From Leucoraja erinacea (lineage: Eukaryota), in NCBI RefSeq assembly GCF_028641065.1, contig NC_073405.1, forward strand, positions 20,460,001 to 20,524,000: a stretch of DNA of 64,000 nucleotides. The letters run 5' to 3'. Every line of letters starts with the position of its first letter. Position 1 is the stretch's first letter. Position numbers and translations under genes: made by a program. The notes under the pieces are model-generated. The model saw only the letters and a program-made list of their open reading frames with translations. It had not been told where the DNA came from and ran no database searches. This document shows positions 24,301 to 35,330 of the stretch, one piece after another.

Positions 24301-27300
24301 GTAGCATCATTACCTTTCCGACATGCCAATTTTAACTCTCAATTCAACTTGCACCCTATATCAAGGCTACTGGGGGCCTGTAGATGTCCCATTAGGGTAT
24401 TTTTGCCCTTAGTTCTACCCATACTGACTCCACATCACCTCTTGCAAGGGACTAAATTTCATTCCTCACCAAGAGAGCTACCCCACCCCCTCTGCCAACC
24501 TGTCTGTCTTTTCGATAGGATGTATACCCTTGAATATAGGTCAATGAGTCAATTGTGGCCATATGGTTACTACTAGTGAGACATTTAGCAAAGATGTCTA
24601 CTTTGTAGTGAACACTGCAACAGCTGGTTTTCTAGCATTTAGCTCGCTCACATCTGCATTAATAAAGATGGGGGGAAAATACTCAACACTGGGTAGTCCA
24701 GATTAGAATTACAATAGGCAAAGGATATTAATCCTTTGTTTTGGGAAATAAGACCAAATCCACACACCTGATTTTTGCCTTTTAACATGAGAAGATTTGT
24801 AACTTTTCCAAAAGGCAGGCCCAGGGAGATGACCTCTGCTTCAGTTATGTCGTTGGGAAGTTTGCGGATGTGGATGACTCTGGAAGGCATTATCCCCGAA
24901 ATTCTATTCTCTCCTTTGAACTTCTTGCTGTCGTTGCCATTGGCTGAAAAAGTTTAAACACAACGTGATGGCACTAGGGCTCTCCAAGTTACGATTACTA
25001 GTCATGTAAAACCAACTATATACCAGGTTAATAGTGCATAAAATGTTGAGATACTTACTGTATTCACCAGGGGGAGAAGAGCTGCTCATGATGTAGGGAC
25101 CGTTAGTAGCACAAGCAGATAAAAGCTCGTCAGACCCCCGCTGTAGAGAGGAAGAATAAGATTTTTTTTTAAATCTTATCAATAACACAGGGTTTTGTAA
25201 ACACAGAGTTAACTTTTCAGGTTCAGGGTATTGTCCCAAAATGCATTCACCAATCTTGTGTCTGGACGTCAAATGTTTTCCACAGTATTGTTTCATATAG
25301 AAATTGCACATATTAGTGGCTCTTCATTGAGACAGCAACCCTGCTTCAATTAATACTAAAGTGCAGCACTGGACATGCGAAATTAAGATGCCAATCACTA
25401 CAAGACTGTGTAATGTATGTGCTAAACAGAGTTAAGTGATCCAACAAAAATTTCAGAATCCTGCCATATGTAGCTATAAATAATTACTCCAATGTCTGGA
25501 TGTCGTTGCGAGACCTGCAAACCCTACAAAGACAGCACGAGAGCTCAGGATCACAGATGTTGTCAATGTGCCACCAATTAATGGAAAGGTCAGTATTTGG
25601 TGAATGGACACGAGAACAATATATATCATGGCTGCTGAGCTACGCAAGCACAGCATCTCATAATACTATCAACATTTCAGTGAAAACAGTGATATGGCAA
25701 CTAGATACTAAAACACTGCCACATAAAAACAACAAAGAATTAAAGCTCTGAATAAACATTTTATTAATTTCTCAAATTGCCCAAACACAAAATATTGCCT
25801 TAAGCAATGCCGTACATGGCTTTTAACTGCTTAATTCTTAGGTGAAGCTGGGGGAAGATGCATATCCCAGCTGCCAGCTGAAATATTAGCTCACTTTGAA
25901 ACATTTGGAATTGTGAACAGAATCAGTGATACTTCCCCATAGAAAAGTGTCAACAAAAGGAGTAGACTTAGCCATTGTGAAATGAGAACCAGATGTGCAG
26001 AGGGGTTCCAGATGAAGCTGGGTTGGGGCAAGTTTGGTTTTCTAGCCCCATAGCTGCAAGCCTACAACAACCCACCTTCTGATGCCCCTTTTACACTTCA
26101 AACTTTAACCGGCGGGGCAGAACGTTATCCTATAAACTTGAAAAAGATAGAAGAATAACATCAGAAAAAATACCTGCAAAATCCTAACTAGATGGCCAAG
26201 TGTTAAGTTTACCTTTATGCAAAAACAAGATTAAACCAGGTGCCCATTTCAAATCCATCTCACGAATGGAGTATAGCAACACTATTTCAATGCGGCAGTT
26301 TCAATAACTGGGATTTGGTAATAGACAGTGACAAATGGGTTGACCTGCAATTAAGGCATCAAAACATTTCTCTTGCCATAACAGCATTGTATTCACTGTC
26401 CTGAACATGTAATGACATGCAATAAAAATATTACTTCATAGGATGCAGAAGGGAGGGGTAGGATCCCATGAGAAACAAACCCCAAATTGTTAAGAATTTT
26501 AATTTGTCATCAATAATTTATCCACACTTTGTTGCAGAAACCGAGAAAAGATAGTAATAATTTCTGGTGGAAGGTCACGATAACACCACAGCTCCCACTA
26601 CACAAATAAGGTTGTTACAAACCACAACTCCAAAAGCCCAAAATATAACTGCATACAAATTCCATTCCCCCCCCCCCCAAGGCACAGAGGAAAATTTGAT
26701 TAAAATCTCAACCAATCACAAAAAAGCACAAACAAGCAACAGGAAGATAAATCTTATGCTTCAGAAGTACAATACTAAAAGCTGCCTTACAGAACATTGT
26801 TCTCTTGGATAGCTGGATACCACATATAAAGAGTGCACGAAAGTTGTCGTGGCAACAGAATGTTTACCAAAACATCAACTAAAAAAAAATCTTGCTTCCA
26901 ATTACAGAAACAGCCATTCAGCAAAATTAATCTCACTATAAATAAGGATCTCCACCCTAAACCAACATGAATACGCCCCAGTTAAAATATAATTGCTCAT
27001 ATTGGACAGGCATGCAAGCTAGTTGATTTAGTCATGCACAACATATAACCATATAACAATTACAGCACGGAAACAGGCCATCTCGGCCCTACAAGTCCGT
27101 GCCGAACAATTATTTTCCCTTAGTCCCACCTGCCTGCACTCATACCATAACCCTCCATTCCATTCTCATCCATATGCCTATCCAATTTATTTTTAAATTA
27201 TACCATCGAACCTGCCTCCACCACTTCCACTGGAAGCTCATTCCACACCGCTACCACTCTCCGAGTAAAGAAGTTCCCCCTCGTGTTACCCCTAAACTTC

Positions 27301-30300
27301 TGTCCCTTAATTCTGAAGTCATGTCCTCTTGTTTGAATCTTCCCTATTCTCAAAGAGAAAAGCTTGTCCGCATCAACTCTGTCTATCCCTCTCATCATTT
27401 TAAAGACCTCTATCAAGTCCCCCCTTAACTTTCTGCGCTCCAGAGTCCTAACTTATTCAACCTTTCTTTGTAACTTAGTTGTTGAAACCCAGGCAACATT
27501 CTAGTAAACCCATGAACCCATTAACAATCTCTGTATATTAGTAAACAACTTAAGATCATCCGCTTAGCAAAATATCATACATTACTTCCATATGGTATAT
27601 TGCACACATTGCCATTGTACACCTTTAACTATCTGCTGCCCATTGAATTGAATTCCTTTATTGAACAAAATTTCGTGCCTAGTCATACATACAATAATAA
27701 ACAACACTAAACACAAATTAACATCCACCACAGTGTATCCTCCAAGCACCGCCTCACTGTGGTGGAGGCAAAAAACCGAGGGAGATCATGTGATTTGGAA
27801 ATGGCAGTGCAACAAATCAAATCCTGTTAGTTTAAAACAGACATTCCTGAGCTTTGTTTTAGCATTCCATTTCCTGTCAACAGTAAAGGCTACTCTTAGC
27901 AGAGATAGAAATGTCAAAGGAAATAGCCATGAATTAGTTTGCTGTATAAACAGGATGCAGGATGCAACTCATTCCCCCAAAATGCATTCACCAATCTTCG
28001 GTCTGGACGTTTAAAGATCCAAACACCAACCTTTTTTGCATCGTATCTGTTCCAAGAACAAAATCACATAGCTTACTATTAAAGATAGACACAAAAAGCT
28101 GCAGTAACTCAGAGAGATATAGAACAAAGATATGCAAAAACATAACGATGATCAAGTCCATTGCTGGCAGTGGGCTAGGTGATTGACCGTCATAACTTCT
28201 TTGCATATCTTTCATTAATTTGTCCTATATCTCTCCATAGCAGTCTATATCTCTTGTTTCCCTTTCCCCCGACTCTGATCTTTGGATTAAACCAGCATCT
28301 ACAGTTCCTTCCTTCATTATTAAAGACACCTAGTATTGGGAAATGACCCTGGCCGGGTCAGTTTCAGAAGGAAAAGAGACAAAAAAATGGAGGAGAAACT
28401 CAGTGGGTGAAAGGTCAGATTCAGAATGGAAGGGAGAGTTGAAGTGCTGGGCAATCGGGAGATCAGTTTGGTTAGTACGGACTGAGCAGAAGTGTTGGGT
28501 GAAGCGAACGCCGAGCCTACGTTTGGTCTCGCTGATGTAGAGAAGGTGACACCTACAACAGTGGATCCAGTAGATGAGGTTGGAGGAGGTGCAGGTGAAC
28601 CTCTGCCTCACCAGGAAAGACTGTTTGGGTTTCAGAAGGGGGGAGATTTGGAAACAGTGATAACTCCATTAGCTTTAAGATAATTATTGATAAGCCTAGG
28701 ACTGGACTGAAGTGTAAAAGCGCTAAGAACTGGTGGCTGAAGACATACTACGACAGTATTAGGCAGAAGTCAGGGAGAGTTAAGGGAATGGAGGGTTATG
28801 GTCTGAGCGCAGGTATATGGGACTAGGGGAGATTATGTGTTCGGCACGGACTAGAAGGGTCGAGATGGCCTGTTTCCGTGCTGTAATTGTTATATGGTTA
28901 TATGGTTAGAGTAGATTGGGGGAGCAGCTGTTATTGGGCAAGTCCACACCTGATATGTCCACACCACACCTGACACACACTACTCAGAATTCATGCCCAA
29001 CATGATCTTGTGAGGAAGAAAGACAAGGATAGCAGATTTGCATAATCCTGGGATGGTGAAAGACATTCAATAGAAAGGTAAAAAGTAGAACCATTTGAGG
29101 CAAAGGATGGAATTTATACCTAGAACTAGAAAGTGTGCAAGATATCAAATGTGTACTTCACATCGGTATTCACCAAGGAGAAGGTCATGGAGGAGAGCTA
29201 GATCAAGTATATAAAATATATCAATATCTTACAAATACAGACCTAAATATCACTTGGGGACTGAAGAAAAAATTCATCAATACTAAAAAACTAATATGCA
29301 GAACCCAATGGAGATCAGAAAAACAGGAAAAAGTTCAAACTTCAGTAGTTCATGCGTCATTCTGAAACAGGAAACAGATGTTGGTGATTTGAAAATATAT
29401 TTGTGATGCTAAAATTCTGCCGAAGCTGGATCACTAGTTTAAGGTGCATATTTAAAATTTAAGTAACAATAATATCAAAATGGGCAAAGTACCAGATGAG
29501 ATCGGGAACCAAACCAATTGCAGGGATCCAGAAAACATCGCACATTACATGTTTGAACAAGCAGTTCTAATGAGGAAATGGCTCCTGTGCAATAGCACCC
29601 ATTTCATGCCACAGGGCAGATTGTTCAGCAAAACTAAAAATATACTAGAAACTGCAGTCTTTGATATGGTTGCCAATTAATTTCTAATGAAAAGTATTAG
29701 ATTAATAAGAATGAAGAAAGATAATGCATGCATTAGTGCACTGCTATCTGTGAAAAGACTGCAGATAAAAATGCATCTTCTGTGCCTCCCTTTAATACAT
29801 CAAATCACTTGAGTTAAGTCAAAACAAACACTGTAGCCAATGCGTTTAGGCACTTTTCCAATACCAGTTTCCTAATGCTTCACGAGCAGTCACTGATCTA
29901 TAGTATGGTTGCAATGTTAATGCTTATAACTGCATACCCACAAGATCAGTGACCTGATCAATTAAACAGATAAATGGAGTACATTAAAACCAGTTGGAAT
30001 TGAGTGTGACATGCTCATCAATTTAAAGACCATCTGGCAAAATGACTGAATGTCTACAGAGAACAGGAATAGGCAATGAAGGTCTAAAAATTAGAATCAG
30101 TAACAACTGTCAGAATAAGGAAATTATCAAAACCGAGTAAATTTACTGAAATCATTTAAACCAGATTCAAATTTGTAACTCTAGACAAAGTGTCAATCTA
30201 TCAATCCATACACTAGCTACCTCAGAATGAAGTATCATCATGGAGAAAGGAAGTGTGAAATAAATCATGCTACAAGGCAAGATGAATTGCCTTGTTTGTG

Positions 30301-33300
30301 ACTGAAATAAGACTTACAGGTGTGAAACAGCTAGAATGAGCACTGCGGCTATGAGAATTGTTCTAGGAAAGAACTGTTGATGCTGGTTTAAATCGAAGGT
30401 AGACACAAAATGCTGGAGTAACTCAGCGGGACAGGCAGCATCTCTGGAGAGAAGGAATGGGTGACGTTTCGGGTCGAGACCCGTCTTCAGACTGATGTCA
30501 GGGGAGTGGGCGGGATAGAGATAGAATGTAGTTGGAGACAGTAAGACTGGTGGGAGAGTTGGGAAGGGGAGGGGATGGAGAGAGAGAGGGAAAGCAAAGG
30601 CTATTTGAAGTTAGAAAAGTCAATGTTCATACCGCTAGGGTGTAAGCTACCCAAGCGAAATGCGAGGTGAAGTTCCTCCAATTTGCGCTGGGCGTCACTC
30701 GGCCAATGGAGGCCCAGGACAGAAAGGTCAGATTGGGAATGAAAGGGGGAGTTAAAGTGCTGAGCAACCGGGAGATCAGATAGGTTAAGGCGGCCTAAGC
30801 GGAGGTGTTCAGCGAACGATCGCCGAGTCTGCGCTTGGTCTCACCGATGTACAGAAGTTAACACCTGGAACAGCGGATACAGTAGCTGAGGTTGGAGGAG
30901 GTGCAAGTGGACCTCCGCCTCACCTGAAGACTGTTGGGGTCCTTGGAAGGAGTTAAGGGGGGAGGTAAAGGGACAGGTGTTGCATCTCCTGAGGTTGCAG
31001 GGAAAAGTACCTGGGATGGGTTGTTTGGGTGGGGACGAGTTGACCGGGGAGTCGCAGAGGGAACGGTCTCTGCAGAAAATAGAAAGGGGTGGAGATGGGA
31101 AGATGTGGCCAATGGTGGGATCCCGTTGGAGATGGATAAAATGTTAGGAGGATTTTATGCTGTATGTGACGGCTGTTGCAACGGGAGGCGAGGACAAGAG
31201 GGACTCTGTCCTTGTTGCGAACGGGAGCGGGTGCAAGAGCGGAGCTGCAGAATATCGAGGAGACCCTAGTGAGAGCCTCATATATAATGGAAGAGGGAAA
31301 TTCCCGTTTCCTAAAGAATGAGGACATCTCTGATCATCTAGCAAGGAAAACCTCATCCTGGCGTAGACAGAAGAATTGGGAGTAGGAGGATAGTCTTTAC
31401 AGGAAGCTGGGTGGGAAGAAGTGTAGTCCAGATAGCTATGGTAGTCAGTAAGTCTGTAGTAGATGTTGGTCAATAGTTTGTCTATTGTTCTAACCTATTT
31501 AATCAGAGGATAGTTTGTCTTGGGCTGCACCCCTTAAGTAATAGGACAATTTTTTTTAAATCCAGTGGCATGGATTTAAAACAACTGGTGTAAAGATTGA
31601 GGAGATAGAATAACGTTTTCAGAGATAGGGTACTATACACCAATGTTTTCAAGTATGCATTTTGCATTTTAAAAATGTGCAAATGGGAAGGATACAGGTC
31701 AGGTTTGGAAAATAACAAGGATTGACAGTAATGGATGTGGGCCAAACAGCATCAAAGTGCTCAACCCTTATGGCAACCCTTCAATTTGTCCTTGTATCTG
31801 CCCTTCTGTGCAACTGACATTTCAATCTTTGAACACTCCCCCAGTTTCTCACTGGATGGGAGCACACCAATTTTTCAAGACACAGAAAATGCTGTACTAA
31901 CTCAGGTCAGGCAGCATCTCAGTGATAGACACATAATGCTGGAGAAAACCAGCATCCGCAGTTCCTTCTTACACACCAAATTCTGTGCAAATAAGCGTCT
32001 GCACAATTCGCCAATCCAAAAACAAATATATCAGCAGTTTCTAGAAATCCAAGATAAAAATCAGAAAATACAGAGACGACTGTTGAATTGAATCAGTTGC
32101 AAACAGTGGATTATAACTGGAAGACATTTGTCAATACACATGACTACAGGGCTCATAATCAAACTCATCCAAAAATGCACAAACAATTGTTTGGGATTCA
32201 CCACACATTACAATTACCAGTACAAGGGCAATTCGAATGCCTGTACTTTTCAAAAATAGCTCGTTTTCACAAGCAAATATTTTTAATTGAATATCCTATT
32301 GGATATTCTTTTTCAGGGACTTCATGGAAGTGCACTACACTAATGAGCCTGAAACTAGAGGAGCTGCCTGCCTCAGCGGTGTTCTACAGTAATTTGATAC
32401 AAAAATATTCAATATTAATGGGAAACTACTGAGAACTGCGTGACTACATATTCCGGGCCATTCTAGTCTCAAAGAGAAACTGGATCACAAGGCCGATTAT
32501 TCCAAGCAAAGAAACCCAAAACAATATCAAATCAATCAAGTATAAATGTGGCATTTTCAGAGGAAAGGATATTAACACGGGAAGAGCAGCAAGGCATTCC
32601 AATCCAGAAAGGAAAAAACAATCTGCATTCTTACCATCTGGAAATTTAATGGACAGATTATCAGGTTAATTTAAAGCCAAATAATGAGCAAAAAAAACAT
32701 ATCAAAAGGCAAGAGCTGCTTTGACTATTCACACAGGACGTAGGGACCCTGCAAGTACTGAATCTGATCTAATGTAATCTAAAGAATATCTTCAAACCAA
32801 CACTTGGCAGTCTTTAACTGAAAGTAAAAATGCAAGTACTCAGTCAGTACATGGAGAGGCCAATGGAGTTCATTTCTCAGAACTTTGCAATCTATCTTCA
32901 TGATTTCCCCAGGGGGAAGAAAAATGTAGGAAAAAATCCAAGGAAGTGCTATTACCCCAAAAATGGACTTCAGCTGCACTTGTCTATCCTGCTTTAGGTG
33001 ATAATTCCCCCCCCCCCCATTAATCAGAAAGGCTATGCAATCCGACATGAAGAGAACAAACTATGCAGCATTTGCAGAAATTGCTTCTTTTCTTTTAAGC
33101 TTGCCAATTTTAATGAAGTACAAGATTAGTTTGGTAGATTGAATATAATAGCTTGACAAAAAAAACTGATATGTACCATTGAACAAAGTGGTTAATCTAG
33201 CATCATCATCTGTCCAATAATAGTTATTGTTTGTAATTCAATATACACCAGGAATTAAATAATTTAGATGCTTGTGTAAATGAACGAGCCACAAAACACG

Positions 33301-34580
33301 ATGCAATGTGCATTTCTCAAAGCTTGCATGACTTCAGTACCTGAGGGCAAGCAAGAGATATGGCATAAACTACATTTATAGAGATATGCCTCAAAGCGAT
33401 CATGTGGGATCACAACTGTTGAGTGAAAAAAAACCTACCTTTGTACCAACTGTTATATCTTGGACAATGCTGTAGGAAATAAAAACAACAATCAGTCCAC
33501 AACACCTAGGTCAGTAAAAATACTGCAAATCAGTTTAAAATGATTGAACTTTGCATCCAATGCATCCATGTGCAACTTTATTTTTCTGACCATCAAGTAT
33601 CATGCAAAAAATGCTCTCCTTCCACCCAATCTCAAGAGTTTATATCAACTTTTTTAAATTATCCTTTACTCAACGTTTTATTCCAAAAAAATTGAAACAA
33701 AAACAAGAACCTGCACTTGGCTCAGAAAAAAATGTCCCCTACTGCCGGACACTTATTACATTTGATTGCAATTCTAGCCTGTCCCCCATGGGACAGTGGG
33801 GGTATTAAGGAGTTGTTTGTACTCAACTCCCCAATACAAGACATCGGAAAAAAAGTTTGCTGCACGCCCAACATGCCACTCAAACGTGAAGTGACTCCAT
33901 CTCTGGGAAAGAGTTATTTTAAAGACTAACTTTTATAACGATTCCTTTTGTTCAGATGGTACTGACAAAACTTCCAACAAAAAAAAAAAAGCAGGAGCGA
34001 GGGAGGGAGGGGGGGGGGGGATGGGATGGGGGGAGGGGGGGGGGAGGGAGGGGGGGGAGGAAAAGGGAAGGCGGGGAGCAACATTGGGCGGTGGGAAAAG
34101 GGGACAAGTTTAACAACGCTTGGCTACACGTTTGAACCGCAGCCACGCACAGTTCATGCCCGGCCCTCGCTGCCCATAGGTAAGGGCTCCCCGCCCCATT
34201 CAGCTCGGCAGGCGCCTCCCGAGCCGCGGGCTCCAGCTCCGCCGCCATTTTGCGCGGTGGGAATGGCGACTCGAAGGCTGCGGTCATCCCGCTCTTCTCC
34301 ACCGTTTCCCACACACTCTAGAGACGTGGAAGCGGCGAGCCGGAGGGGATGGGGGTCGAGGACCGAGGTGCCGCAACCCGGGCATCGTGTGTGCGTGTGC
34401 GTCTCACGGGGACGGCAGCGAACACGAAACTACCCCCCTCCCTCTCTCCCCCCCCGCACGAGTTTTTCTGTCGCTTTCCTTTCCTTTCCCTCCGGTGCGC
34501 CCAGTCCGGTGGCGGCCCTTGGAGCAGAGTAGAGTAGAGTAGAGTAGAGTGTAGCAGCGCAGCGCACCTTACCCGTCCAT
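9194..34580 (-). CDS. PTBP1: Polypyrimidine tract-binding protein 1, spliced CDS (15 exons, 553 aa)
   Basis: join(34573-34580,33439-33469,25068-25140,24768-24943,23352-23498,21749-21916,20933-21043,20256-20427,19103-19177,16309-16454,13017-13050,12523-12615,10319-10535,9443-9520,9194-9326) = 1662 nt, all GT-AG and phase-consistent. [19 protein letters not shown]...four RRMs...[24 protein letters not shown] and the poly-Ala linker favour PTBP1 over PTBP2/3. Confidence 0.95.
9443..9520 (-). CDS. PTBP1: PTBP1 exon 14
   Basis: [26 protein letters not shown]|GTGAGT. Confidence 0.93.
10319..10535 (-). CDS. PTBP1: PTBP1 exon 13
   Basis: [13 protein letters not shown]...[30 protein letters not shown]|GTAAGT. 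Confidence 0.94.
11575..12222 (-). mobile_element. CR1-like LINE 3' fragment in PTBP1 intron 12
   Basis: ORFs [10 protein letters not shown]...[10 protein letters not shown] and [13 protein letters not shown]; same family as 44453-47270. Confidence 0.92.
12523..12615 (-). CDS. PTBP1: PTBP1 exon 12
   Basis: [23 protein letters not shown]...QAQL|GTAAGT. Confidence 0.93.
13017..13050 (-). CDS. PTBP1: PTBP1 exon 11 (34-nt NMD-switch exon)
   Basis: TAAAG|AGAGTTACGCCCCAATGCCTCTTTATTCTTTTCG|GTATGT; [11 protein letters not shown]. Confidence 0.95.
13051..13380 (-). promoter_or_regulatory. AG-exclusion zone, distant branch point and CU-rich tract upstream of PTBP1 exon 11
   Basis: No minus-strand AG from 13380 to 13053; TACTGAC at 13356-13350 followed by a long pyrimidine tract. 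Confidence 0.85.
16309..16454 (-). CDS. PTBP1: PTBP1 exon 10
   Basis: [28 protein letters not shown]...[10 protein letters not shown]|GTTAGT. Confidence 0.93.
17432..18231. mobile_element. Candidate non-autonomous hAT-like DNA element
   Basis: 11-bp inverted ends CAGGCATGAGA...TCTCATGCCTG and internal degenerate direct repeats; no 8-bp TSD found. Confidence 0.4.
19103..19177 (-). CDS. PTBP1: PTBP1 exon 9 (RRM2-RRM3 linker, 75 nt)
   Basis: [25 protein letters not shown]; resembles mammalian alternative exon 9. Confidence 0.9.
20256..20427 (-). CDS. PTBP1: PTBP1 exon 8
   Basis: [45 protein letters not shown]...AAF G|GTAAGG. Confidence 0.93.
20933..21043 (-). CDS. PTBP1: PTBP1 exon 7
   Basis: [26 protein letters not shown]...HAKL|GTATGT. 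Confidence 0.93.
21749..21916 (-). CDS. PTBP1: PTBP1 exon 6
   Basis: [10 protein letters not shown]...[22 protein letters not shown]|GTGAGT. Confidence 0.93.
22030..22643 (+). mobile_element. Rex1/Babar-like non-LTR retrotransposon 3' fragment
   Basis: C-terminal signature [30 protein letters not shown]; tail CAATAAA...CTTGACTTGACT. Confidence 0.75.
23352..23498 (-). CDS. PTBP1: PTBP1 exon 5
   Basis: [18 protein letters not shown]...[15 protein letters not shown]|GTGAGT. Confidence 0.93.
23660..24535 (-). mobile_element. CR1-like LINE fragment (endonuclease/linker region)
   Basis: VVMGDFN and [11 protein letters not shown]...[16 protein letters not shown]. Confidence 0.85.
24768..24943 (-). 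CDS. PTBP1: PTBP1 exon 4 (start of RRM1)
   Basis: [12 protein letters not shown]...[11 protein letters not shown]...LMLKGKNQ|GTGTGT. Confidence 0.93.
25068..25140 (-). CDS. PTBP1: PTBP1 exon 3
   Basis: [24 protein letters not shown]; donor GTGAAT, with an alternative in-frame GTAAGT donor ending the exon at 25059. Confidence 0.88.
27043..27508 (-). mobile_element. CR1-like LINE 3' fragment (second subfamily)
   Basis: [13 protein letters not shown]...TRGHDFRI...[14 protein letters not shown]. Confidence 0.85.
28395..28630 (-). mobile_element. Penelope-like element GIY-YIG endonuclease fragment
   Basis: [36 protein letters not shown]...PIAQHFN. Confidence 0.8.
28780..28907 (+). mobile_element. 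CR1-like 3' end, inverted relative to 27043-27161
   Basis: Reverse complement of the 27043 element tail. Confidence 0.75.
30365..31482 (-). mobile_element. Penelope-like element 3' part (RT C-terminus, GIY-YIG, terminal repeat with hammerhead motif)
   Basis: [21 protein letters not shown]; [15 protein letters not shown]; [17 protein letters not shown]; frameshifted. Confidence 0.85.
30460..30493 (-). ncRNA. Minimal type I hammerhead ribozyme motif (Penelope-associated)
   Basis: AGT CTGAAGA C GGGTC TC GACCC GAAAC GTC ACC. Confidence 0.65.
33439..33469 (-). CDS. PTBP1: PTBP1 exon 2 (31 nt)
   Basis: TTTCCTACAG|CATTGTCCAAGAT...ACAAAG|GTAGGT; [10 protein letters not shown]. Confidence 0.93.
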
Positions 34581-34860
34581 TGCAGAGCAGAGAACGCAGG
34601 AAGAAAAACCGCGGCTTCCACCAGCCGACCTCCCAACATATACCCCCAGAAAATGGCGCCGCGTCAATCACGGGCGCCGCCGCCTCCCATAGGCCGCCGG
34701 GCCGCAGGGGCGGGACTCTACCCGCCGGCCGCCGCTCCCATTGGTCGAGGCCAACGGTCGACGTGGAGCATCACGGCCCGCGGGCACCCAGCCGCCGCGC
34801 TTCCGATCTATGAGCTTTGCTTCCGGTGGCGGCAGCGCTGACATCAGCGGCCCCTTCCTT
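34100..34860 (-). promoter_or_regulatory. PTBP1 CpG-island promoter
   Basis: High CpG density; YY1-type CGCCATTTT at 34658-34650 and ~34243-34251; GC box GGGGCGGGAC 34707-34716; CCAAT 34744-34740. Confidence 0.8.
34573..34580 (-). CDS. PTBP1: PTBP1 exon 1 coding part
   Basis: GCA ATG GAC GG|GTAAGG inside a CpG island. Confidence 0.9.
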
Positions 34861-34925
34861 CCTTCACACGTTGTAATCCCACTCCGCTATAAGATCTTTG
34901 GCACAAGTGGTGGGGCGAGCACTTC

Positions 34926-34960
<35 letters not shown>

Positions 34961-35330
34961 GGGGGGGAGGGGCTTTCTGAAGAAAACGAATGAAGGGGAA
35001 GGGGGGTAGGAGAGGGGGAGAGGGTGGGCAAGTAAGATGGGAGGGGGAAAGGAAAGGGGGGAGGGCGACGGAGGAAAGAGACGGGGGGGGGAGCAAAGGA
35101 AGGAAGAACTGGGCGAGGACGGGATCAAATATCTTATAGCTCTGCTATAGGATCTTTGGACGGGATAACACGAGGGTGAAGGAAAAGAGGGGGAGGGGAG
35201 AGGCGAGGCGAGAATGGCATAGGGAGTGGGGGCAACTAAGGGAAGGGTTGACAGGAGAGGAGGCAAGAGATAAGTTGAGGCGGGGGCGAGGGAGGGAATA
35301 GACTAGACGTGATGAGGTAGTGTCAAAAGG
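34926..35330. repeat. (GA)n microsatellite, G-run and purine-rich low-complexity tract
   Basis: ~12 GA units, then ~18 G, then G/A-rich sequence. Confidence 0.8.

Noticed and set aside
33952-35266. Pro/Gly/Arg-rich ORFs around the PTBP1 promoter, including MAAELEPAA
   Set aside because: Stop-poor GC-rich CpG island and low-complexity sequence; AAAATGGCG is better explained as a YY1 site and no matching donor was seen
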